From NCBI GenBank assembly GCA_002691385.1, contig NZHT01000091.1, positions 4,843 through 68,842 on the forward strand: a stretch of 64,000 bases of DNA, read 5' to 3'. Positions 56,592-64,000 of this stretch are shown one piece after another; within the stretch, counting starts at the first letter, position 1; each line of letters starts with the position of its first letter. The notes below the pieces were generated by a model. The model worked only from the letters and a program-made list of their open reading frames with translations, was not told the origin of the DNA and searched no databases. The position numbers and the translations under genes were made by a program. The DNA is from Flammeovirgaceae bacterium (GTDB lineage Bacteria; Bacteroidota; Bacteroidia; Cytophagales; Cyclobacteriaceae).

Positions 56592-56993
56592 TTAATTGAT
56601 TTTTTCGTCGATGTGCCCATAATTTAGCATTTTCTCACCGAAATAAGGATTTAACATTTCTTTAGTGACACTTAACCAACTATCACCTTCATTATGAAAA
56701 GCCATAGGACAATATTGTCGAAATAAGGTTAAATTTTTGATTTCATGACGGTCAAGGAGCTCGTAAAATAAATCGATTACTTCTGCAAATGGCTTATAGA
56801 CTTCATTTATTTCAACAGTTTGGTATATTTCCTGCAGTGTTTTATTTAATGCGGGCAAGGTAGGCTGATTAATACCATCTGAAAAATTCATTTGCCTCCT
56901 GAGATGAATGATTAATACTTCAGCTTCTGATTTTATAATTTTATGATTTTTCAGAGCCAAAGCATTTTTTATATTTAAATAGGCATTGATCAT
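56592..56993 (-). CDS. DUF3347-domain protein (metal-efflux-associated)
   Basis: 133 aa. The C-terminal YCPMAFHNEGDSWLSVTKEMLNPYFGEKMLNYG matches the recalled DUF3347 signature (CPMA...W....I.NPY.G..ML). The start overlaps the adaptor stop (ATGA). Confidence 0.65.
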   Translation of the reverse strand: MINAYLNIKNALALKNHKIIKSEAEVLIIHLRRQMNFSDGINQPTLPALNKTLQEIYQTVEINEVYKPFAEVIDLFYELLDRHEIKNLTLFRQYCPMAFHNEGDSWLSVTKEMLNPYFGEKMLNYGHIDEKIN

Positions 56994-58303
56994 TTCTTTG
57001 AGGGTGCGGCCACCGAGGGGGATGGATTTATTTTGTCAGTTTTCTTTTTAACCAATGACTTGTTCAGAGTTTTGATTTGGGATGAGTTCATCATACTGTT
57101 TTTCCCGGCTAGTTGTGCAGCTGCATCGATGGTAAAGATTCCGTTGACCACCACTTCTTCACCTACTTCAAGACCATTCTCTATGGCATAACCTGAGGTA
57201 TTTAAAGCGCCTAAGGTTACCTCACGCAAATGGAAGGTAGGTTCATTTGATGTGAGATCTTTGACATATATAATAGATCGTTTTCCTGTCCATAAAACTG
57301 CAGTTTTGGGTAGGGTGATAATTTTTTGATCGTCTTTTGGCTTGCTATTTAAAACTCCTTTGACACTTGTACCTGGATAAACGGGTTTGAAGGTATTGGT
57401 ATAGTTGACTCTAATTTCGGCTACTTGTGTATTGGGATCCACAATGGGATTGATGAAATTTACTTCTCCAATAAACAGTTTTCCAGGATAGGATGCAAAC
57501 TCCATATTGATTTTATCACCAATTTTAACCTTTTTTAGATCGGTTTCATAAAGATCAAAGTTGATCCAAACATTTTGTAAGTTGGCAACTTCATAAAGCT
57601 GGGTGCCCTGTTCTATGTGCGATCCCTTACTGACATATTTATTTAGAATCATACCAGTCCATTCAGAGACCAAAGGGAAGCTCTCTATGGGTTCACCCAG
57701 TCTTAGAATAGTCTCAATCTGTGCAGAGGTGAGTTTCCAATTTTCCAATTTCTTTTGTGTAGCCTCAAATAGCTCTGGCTGGTTCTCTTTCATTGCAAAG
57801 GCTTCGAACAATTCGTTTTGGGCTTCAATTAAATCTGGAGAATATACATAAGCGATGATTTCACCAGCTTTGACATACTGTCCTTTTGATTCAATTAATA
57901 GTTGTTCTATCTGACCTGAGATATGCGTTGTCTGAACCGCTATTTTTCTTTTGTCAGGCAAGACCCTACCATTGAGATACAAGGTAATCGAAGGAGATGT
58001 TTTTGTAACTTTAAGTGTCCGGATGTTTGCTAGTTTTTGAGCATCTTCAGACAGTCGTAAGGCATTGGGATCTGTGAGCCCAGGTAGTCTTGTGGACTTG
58101 ACTAGATTCATGCCACATAGCGGACAGTTACCAGGCTGATTCTGTCTTATTTGTGGATGCATCGAGCAACTGTAGACTGCAGATGAATTATGCTCATGTT
58201 TTTCAGTGGGAACAGGGGGGGTACCGGTGTTCGATACCCAACCAATAAAAATACCTAAACCTAATATTAAGGGGAAAACGATCTTATTTGATAAAATTTT
58301 CAT
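56990..58303 (-). CDS. RND efflux periplasmic adaptor (CusB-like) with an N-terminal heavy-metal-binding domain
   Basis: 437 aa. YSCSMHPQIRQNQPGNCPLCGMNLV is the CxxC-type metal-binding motif common in Bacteroidota CusB homologues. It is followed by barrel-sandwich and beta-barrel adaptor regions. Confidence 0.85.
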   Translation of the reverse strand: MKILSNKIVFPLILGLGIFIGWVSNTGTPPVPTEKHEHNSSAVYSCSMHPQIRQNQPGNCPLCGMNLVKSTRLPGLTDPNALRLSEDAQKLANIRTLKVTKTSPSITLYLNGRVLPDKRKIAVQTTHISGQIEQLLIESKGQYVKAGEIIAYVYSPDLIEAQNELFEAFAMKENQPELFEATQKKLENWKLTSAQIETILRLGEPIESFPLVSEWTGMILNKYVSKGSHIEQGTQLYEVANLQNVWINFDLYETDLKKVKIGDKINMEFASYPGKLFIGEVNFINPIVDPNTQVAEIRVNYTNTFKPVYPGTSVKGVLNSKPKDDQKIITLPKTAVLWTGKRSIIYVKDLTSNEPTFHLREVTLGALNTSGYAIENGLEVGEEVVVNGIFTIDAAAQLAGKNSMMNSSQIKTLNKSLVKKKTDKINPSPSVAAPSKK

Positions 58304-58305
58304 AA

Positions 58306-59529
58306 TTATTTGGAGATGAGGTAAGTTATTTTAGCAGATGCTTCAGCATATTTCCTTTTCCAAGCTACTTGACTCAGTTTGAATTTCAATAAGTCTCTTT
58401 GAGCTTCTAGAATATTTTTAAAGTTCTCATTGGCAACCCTAAAGTCACTGAAGGCGAGGGTTATCTCTTGATGGGAATTTTGAATTCTTTTTTCATAAAG
58501 ATCGTATTGCGCTTTTGATTCAAAGAGTTGATTTTGAGTCGTGTTCCATTCAATGGACAAATTATTTTCAAGTTGAGTTTTTTGAGCCGTTAATTCTTTT
58601 TTATATAATTGAATTTCTCGAGCTTGACTTTGATGTTTTTTTCTAAAAATGGGTAGACTCAAAGAAACCATAGGCATCATGGCATCTTTGCCATTATTTT
58701 TCACCGTTGACCCATCAAGTGGTTGAATGATCAAATAATCGAGGCCCAATCCAATCTGGGGGAGTCCATTTTTTCGCACTACGGTTTCTTCGATGATGGC
58801 CGAAGTCATTTGCTTCTCTAGGGCAGTTATTTTTGGATGATTGACCAGCAAGCTATCAGTGTCTTTATTCATTTTAAAATCAGTAGGTATGTCCAGTGTA
58901 GTAGTGGTGATATCAAGACTGTCGGGACGGTATATTAGTCGGTTGAAGGATCGTTTTAAGAGATCCAATCGCTGCTCCAATATTTCGACATTGGTCGTGA
59001 TTTCGGCTAACATAAGGTTCGCTTCCAAAACCTCCGTGTTTTTGCTTTTACCACTGCTATAGGCTATTTTGGCCATATTTTTATAAGAATTCATAATATT
59101 CAAGTTTTGGTAATGAATTTCCAATAACTCTGAGACTTCCAAATAGTTATAGTAAGCAGTTTCTACCTTAAAGGTGAGCAAGGCTTGCTTATTTTTGAAT
59201 TGTTCAAATTGCGCTTCTGCCATCAAGGAGGCGGCATCTTTCGCTGCACTTAAGGTTCCAAACCAAGGAAACATTTGATTCAAGGAAATTTTGGTTTGCT
59301 GTGATCCTAATCGGGTTTCAATTGGTGATATGAAGTAGCCAAATCCAAGAGTTGGATTAGCTAGAAATTTTACTTGCTCCACTTTTTCCAATTGGGCTTC
59401 AAAAGAAAAATAAGCGGCTTTGATATCAGGATTGTTTTTTAAGGCTAAGTCTAAGTAATCATCTAAAGATTGATTCATGGCAATATGGGCCATCAAAATT
59501 AAAAGAATAAAAGCAAGAAAATTTTTCAT
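58306..59529 (-). CDS. TolC-family outer-membrane efflux protein (CusC-like)
   Basis: It has a two-fold repeated coiled-coil/beta structure. The preferred start is the ATG at 59529 (MKNFLAFILLILMAHIAMNQ), which overlaps the RND pump stop (ATGA). The ORF-track start at 59565 lies inside the pump gene. Confidence 0.8.
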   Translation of the reverse strand: MKNFLAFILLILMAHIAMNQSLDDYLDLALKNNPDIKAAYFSFEAQLEKVEQVKFLANPTLGFGYFISPIETRLGSQQTKISLNQMFPWFGTLSAAKDAASLMAEAQFEQFKNKQALLTFKVETAYYNYLEVSELLEIHYQNLNIMNSYKNMAKIAYSSGKSKNTEVLEANLMLAEITTNVEILEQRLDLLKRSFNRLIYRPDSLDITTTTLDIPTDFKMNKDTDSLLVNHPKITALEKQMTSAIIEETVVRKNGLPQIGLGLDYLIIQPLDGSTVKNNGKDAMMPMVSLSLPIFRKKHQSQAREIQLYKKELTAQKTQLENNLSIEWNTTQNQLFESKAQYDLYEKRIQNSHQEITLAFSDFRVANENFKNILEAQRDLLKFKLSQVAWKRKYAEASAKITYLISK

Positions 59530-62500
59530 GATTTTCTTTTTTTGAGTTGATTTTCTTTTTTCCAACTATATAGTACAGGGACAATAAAATAAGTAATTGA
59601 TGCAGTGACCATACCTCCAAAAATAGGAATTGCCATAGGAATCATGATGTCACTGCCCCGTTCTGAAGAAGTTAAGATCGGTAATAATGCAATCAAAGTA
59701 GTAGCTGTGGTCATGACCGCCGGTTTAATTCTACGAAGGCCTGCCTCTATGGTAACTTTTCTAATTTGAGCGATGGTTTTGGGCTTCTTTTTTTTGAAAT
59801 TTTGCCTCAAATAAGTACCCATTAGTACGCCATCATCTGTAGCAATTCCAAATGAAGCAATAAATCCTACCCAAACAGCTAAGCTTAAATTAATAGACTG
59901 CACATGAAAGATATCTCGCATAGGAGTGCCAAAAAGAGAGAAATTTAAAAACCAATCAGTATGATGAAGTCCAATTAAAATAAAGCCGCCACTAAAGGCC
60001 ATCGCAATACCAAAAAAGATCATTAGGGAAGTAGTGGTCGATTTGAACTGTATATAAAGGATGATGAAAATAACTAAAAGTACCAAGGGAACAATAATCA
60101 TTAATCTTTTTTCGGCTCGAATTTGATGTTTAAAACTGCCATCAAACTCATAATAAACTCCGTTTGGTAATATGAGACTTCCTTTTTCTATATTTTCTTG
60201 GATGATTTCATTTAATTCTTTGACGACCTCCTTTGTGTCATATTGAGGGTATTTATCCAACAATAGATAGCCTAGCAGAAAGGCATCTTCACTTTTTATG
60301 ACTTGAGGTCCCTGTTCATAATTTAAAGTGACCAAATCGCCAAGTCTAACCTGCCCGTCTGCAGGTGTATTAACATAAATATTCAACAAGGCCTCAGGAT
60401 GGTCGCGTCTCTCTCGGGGGTATCTCACCCGAATAGGATATCTTTTCTTTCCATTGATGGCGTTACCAATATTAAGTCCTCCAATGGCCGTTTCGATTTG
60501 TTTCTGAACGGATTCAATAGACAGTCCAAATTTGGCAATCATTTCCCGTTCTAAATGAATCATAATATAGGGTTTTCCTATGATGTTATCTGCAAATACT
60601 GATGCTGGATTTATGGATTTCGCTTGCTTAATTAAAGGCTCTAATTGGAAGGAAAATTCATTGATACTGTTTAGATCAGGTCCGAATATTTTGATGCCAA
60701 TGGGAGATCTCATACCCGATTGGAGCATGATGAGTCGAGTTTCTATGGGTTGCAACTTAGGGGCAGAGGTGATACCCAAAACTTTAGATTCTGATGCAAT
60801 TTCCTTCCAAATATCATCCGAAGTTTTAATTTTAGATCTCCAATTTCGATAATAGTTTCCTTCAGTATCTTCTATCAAATCATCAACGCTCAGAGAAAGG
60901 TTGAGCAGTTCGTCATTGGTATAGCTTGTACCGGATTTTAATACGAAGCGCTTTGATCCGTCTGTTTTGAATTTAACAAGTTCTCCCTGGTTATTTTTAT
61001 GGTATTCAGATTTGTAATTGATAGTATTTTCATACATCGAGATGGGCGCGGGATCTAAGGCTGAGTTGACTCTACCGAGCTTGCCAACCACAGATTCAAT
61101 CTCCGGAATATGGGCTACGCGGCGATCAATTGTTTGCAGGATGTTCTTATTTTCCTCTATGCCAATGTGTGACATGGCAGAGGGCATGAGTAGAAAGCTG
61201 CCCTCATTTAAGCTAGGCATAAATTCTGAATTTAGGCCAGGGAATCGATTCTTTAAACCAATGACTATTCCATATTGATCAGGTTTTAAACCAATCTGTT
61301 CCAAGGCAATGGTTAAAGGGTATGCTACTTTTTCAAAACCCAACCAAATATTAGCAGCCAAGAAGATGAGAAATATAGGGATACTTAGGAAGATTTTTTT
61401 ATAGGTCAGACACTTGGTTAATATGTATTCGTATTTGAAGATAATTAATCCTAGTAGTCCTAGTATGATTCCTAGTATGAGAACGATGAATAGGATATTT
61501 AAAATTAAATTCTCATTTAAACCTAAGGGCATCCAATTTATAGCTAGCAATCCGATGCTAGTTAAAACTATGATTCCAAGGGATGAATTCTTAACCCATT
61601 TATTGTCCCACGGCCCGTAAGCCTTTAAAAACCATGACAAGCCTAATAAAATCATGAATATACCTGCCCAAGGCAGCATCCACAAAAATATGCAACCCGA
61701 TACAATAAGGAGTGAATTGAATAGAAGACTAATTTTTCTCTCCTTGACTTTAATTCCAAAAAGGAAATAGGAAATGGTAGGAAGAACCAGTAATGTGAGC
61801 AACAAAGCCGTGACTAGGGCAAAAGTTTTGGTATAAGCCAAAGGTCTAAATAATTTCCCTTCAGCTGCTTCAAGGGCAAAAATAGGAATGAAACTGATTA
61901 TGGTGGTGGCCACTGCTGTTAGGATGGCACCACTTACCTCCTGAGTTGCAGTCTTTATTTTGTCAAATAAAGAGTTATTTCCTTTTTTAAGATGTCGAAC
62001 AATGTTTTCAGATAAAACAATACCCAAATCCACTAAAGTTCCTATTGCGATCGCAATTCCTGACAAGGCGACAATGTTTGCTTCAATATTAAAAAACCGC
62101 ATCAGTATAAATACAATCAAAATAGAAATTGGCAATACTGCAGCGATTATCAGGGAAGCCCTGAGATTAAACAACATGATCAGTACAACAATAATGGTAA
62201 TCAACACTTCGAGGCTTAGGGCGTCCCATAAGGTGTTTAGCGTCTCTTTGATAAGTTTTGTCCGGTCGTAAAAGGGAACGATTGTTAAGGTGCTTTTTGT
62301 CCCATTTTCAAGAATCTTTTTTGGCATTCCTTGCTCTAGTACACTTATTTTTCTTTTAATTCCCTCGATGACTTCCATCGGATTGGCACCAAATCTAGAT
62401 ACTACTACCCCACCTACGACTTCAGCGCCTTCCTTATCTAAAATACCTCTCCGGATTTCAGGGCCTACGGTAACCTGAGCAATATCTTTTATTCTTAAAG

Positions 62501-63317
62501 GGACCTCACCTTTCATTTTAACGACGCCATATTCCAGATCTGATACGGAAGTTAGGTTGCCTAATCCCCTTATCAGATATTCGATTTTATTAATTTCCAT
62601 TGTTTTAGCTCCCACGTCTCTATTGGAATTTTTCACCGCGCTAATTACCTGTTCAATAGAGACGTCATAAGATTTCAAGAGATCTGGGTCTACATCTATT
62701 TGATATTCTTGAACAAAACCACCGATTGAGGCAACTTCTGATACCCCTTGAACTGCGCTTAGACCGTATTTGACATAAAAGTCTTGAACAGATCTAATTT
62801 CATGTAAATCCCAGCCTCCTGTTATATTTCCTTGAGCATCACGACCTTCTAGAGTATACCAAAATATTTGTCCTAGTGCGGTGGCGTCGGGTCCGAGTGT
62901 AGGCTTAATATTTTCAGGCAATAAATCATTTGGTAAAGCATTTAATTTTTCTAAGATTCTAGTTCTGGCCCAATAATACTCTTTGTCATCATTGAAAATC
63001 ACATAAATACTTGAAAAACCAAAAACAGAGGAGCTTCGAATCGTTTTGACACCAGAGATTCCCAACAAAGTCGATGTTAGCGGATTGGTGATTTGATCCT
63101 CAATGTCTTGAGGAGATCGACCGTCCCATTGGGTGAAAATAATTTGTTGGTTCTCACCAATGTCAGGAAGAGCATCTACAGAAACTCGTGCAAGAGGAAA
63201 GGTTTGATTTTCTCCATAAAATGGAGAGACCATGATGCCCCAACTAATCAAAATAGTTACAAGGATCAGGGTAATCAAACGATATTTAAGAAAATATAAA
63301 ATTATTTTATCTAACAT
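59526..63317 (-). CDS. CusA/CzcA-family heavy-metal efflux RND transporter, enlarged (1263 aa)
   Basis: The HME-RND hallmarks are present: N-terminal TM1, large periplasmic loops, ALSGIAIAIGTLVDLGIVLSEN and SFGIATDDGVLMGTY. It carries extra hydrophobic segments after TM6 and an extra periplasmic insert. Confidence 0.9.
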   Translation of the reverse strand: MLDKIILYFLKYRLITLILVTILISWGIMVSPFYGENQTFPLARVSVDALPDIGENQQIIFTQWDGRSPQDIEDQITNPLTSTLLGISGVKTIRSSSVFGFSSIYVIFNDDKEYYWARTRILEKLNALPNDLLPENIKPTLGPDATALGQIFWYTLEGRDAQGNITGGWDLHEIRSVQDFYVKYGLSAVQGVSEVASIGGFVQEYQIDVDPDLLKSYDVSIEQVISAVKNSNRDVGAKTMEINKIEYLIRGLGNLTSVSDLEYGVVKMKGEVPLRIKDIAQVTVGPEIRRGILDKEGAEVVGGVVVSRFGANPMEVIEGIKRKISVLEQGMPKKILENGTKSTLTIVPFYDRTKLIKETLNTLWDALSLEVLITIIVVLIMLFNLRASLIIAAVLPISILIVFILMRFFNIEANIVALSGIAIAIGTLVDLGIVLSENIVRHLKKGNNSLFDKIKTATQEVSGAILTAVATTIISFIPIFALEAAEGKLFRPLAYTKTFALVTALLLTLLVLPTISYFLFGIKVKERKISLLFNSLLIVSGCIFLWMLPWAGIFMILLGLSWFLKAYGPWDNKWVKNSSLGIIVLTSIGLLAINWMPLGLNENLILNILFIVLILGIILGLLGLIIFKYEYILTKCLTYKKIFLSIPIFLIFLAANIWLGFEKVAYPLTIALEQIGLKPDQYGIVIGLKNRFPGLNSEFMPSLNEGSFLLMPSAMSHIGIEENKNILQTIDRRVAHIPEIESVVGKLGRVNSALDPAPISMYENTINYKSEYHKNNQGELVKFKTDGSKRFVLKSGTSYTNDELLNLSLSVDDLIEDTEGNYYRNWRSKIKTSDDIWKEIASESKVLGITSAPKLQPIETRLIMLQSGMRSPIGIKIFGPDLNSINEFSFQLEPLIKQAKSINPASVFADNIIGKPYIMIHLEREMIAKFGLSIESVQKQIETAIGGLNIGNAINGKKRYPIRVRYPRERRDHPEALLNIYVNTPADGQVRLGDLVTLNYEQGPQVIKSEDAFLLGYLLLDKYPQYDTKEVVKELNEIIQENIEKGSLILPNGVYYEFDGSFKHQIRAEKRLMIIVPLVLLVIFIILYIQFKSTTTSLMIFFGIAMAFSGGFILIGLHHTDWFLNFSLFGTPMRDIFHVQSINLSLAVWVGFIASFGIATDDGVLMGTYLRQNFKKKKPKTIAQIRKVTIEAGLRRIKPAVMTTATTLIALLPILTSSERGSDIMIPMAIPIFGGMVTASITYFIVPVLYSWKKENQLKKRKS

Positions 63318-63390
63318 AGTTGGATTCAGTTAGTTTAAGGTAACTGGCAACATGGGAATTGCATTTAGGACGTATCCTAAAACTACGGAT

Positions 63391-63780
63391 CTAGATAATA
63401 TAGACTTGGTTCCACGATTGAGCGTCTTCTTCAATCAATGGAGGTATTTCAATCGGTCGTTTTTTGGGAAGCAGGCCTTTATTTAAAGAAGTGGTTCGGT
63501 GTTCAGACTTGTTTACCAATGCAAGGCCCGTAAATTGGGTTGGGTCAATATCCAAAGATAAAGTGGCTACAGGTATTTCAAACTGCGAAAATTCAGAGCT
63601 GCAACAAGGCACATCGATGGCTAAATCTTTATCATTTGTACTTTCACAGCAGGATTCTGGCTGAAAAAAGGTTGTTTCTGTTTGATTGAAGAGCTGGCAG
63701 GTGTGCTTATAAACTGATATGCCAGTTGAACCAAAGAGAATGGTTAATGACAATAACAGAGATAGTAAGGATTTAAGCAT
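63391..63780 (-). CDS. Small Cys-rich secreted/membrane protein leading the efflux operon (resembles the Bacteroidota HYC_CC_PP-type family)
   Basis: The preferred start is MLKSLLSLLLSLTILF (ATG at 63780); the ORF is open from 63813. The motifs YKHTC, CCES, PCCS and IPPL occur in order. The family name is from memory and was not verified. Confidence 0.45.
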   Translation of the reverse strand: MLKSLLSLLLSLTILFGSTGISVYKHTCQLFNQTETTFFQPESCCESTNDKDLAIDVPCCSSEFSQFEIPVATLSLDIDPTQFTGLALVNKSEHRTTSLNKGLLPKKRPIEIPPLIEEDAQSWNQVYII

Positions 63781-64000
63781 ATTTTCTAACTTTTGATCAG
63801 TTTTCACATCCAATCAATTGTGCAAATCTAATGAAAATTGGATAATCCCAAAGCGTATAGTCACTCAAACCGTTCATTTGTAGAGATTTTATGATTTTTT
63901 AACAGATAAATGTAGCCGTTTCTTCTATTTTCTTTTCCAGTTTTTCTTTATTTTGAGTACTTATACCTGACGGAAGGGACTGGCTGACTACGGAAACCTT

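Noticed and set aside
63899-64000. Possible C-terminal end of a minus-strand ORF entering from the right window edge (...KVSVVSQSLPSGISTQNKEKLEKKIEETATFIC*)
   Set aside because: Only about 33 codons are visible with no recognisable motif. This cannot be distinguished from a chance open frame.
1-64000. Search for tRNA/rRNA genes, transposases, integrases, phage genes, toxin-antitoxin pairs or known defence-system genes
   Set aside because: None was recognised. All intergenic regions are short (600 bp or less), AT-rich and lack tRNA-like GC-rich cloverleaf segments. No ORF shows DDE, tyrosine or serine recombinase motifs or defence-type motifs.

Overview
AT-rich chromosomal segment from a marine-type Bacteroidota genome, judged from SusC/SusD pairs, T9SS C-terminal sorting domains and many lipoprotein signal peptides. 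No rRNA, tRNA, CRISPR array, transposase or integrase was seen. Positions 1-20000 are mostly housekeeping genes: a PBP4-type peptidase, an osmoadaptation neighbourhood (NhaP-type antiporter, GPP34-like protein, RCK K+ channel, GH15, OtsA-OtsB fusion), a DnaQ-like exonuclease, DnaB, EtfBA, a nucleoside transporter, a peptide transporter and a GNAT. Positions 20600-54600 form one large polysaccharide utilisation locus (PUL). It encodes a SASA-type esterase, five Cys-type sulfatases, an ECF sigma factor, a FecR anti-sigma factor, an STN-domain SusC, SusD, a GH128-like lipoprotein and a GH3. It also encodes two adjacent giant T9SS-secreted proteins of 2362 and 2015 aa. These two proteins are the most unusual content. 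Together they carry nine copies of a ~325-330 aa beta-helix-like module, and two of those copies form a nearly identical 990-bp tandem duplication. The second protein has a GH128-like catalytic domain spliced between modules, paralogous to the free-standing lipoprotein enzyme upstream. The first carries a 7-repeat LVIVD region, Ig-like domains and cadherin domains. Positions 54600-63800 hold a Cys-motif beta-propeller lipoprotein and a tightly coupled CusCBA-like heavy-metal RND operon. That operon includes DUF3347, TlpA-like and Cys-rich accessory genes, and its RND pump is enlarged. All functional calls come from motif and family recognition by eye; no searches were run.
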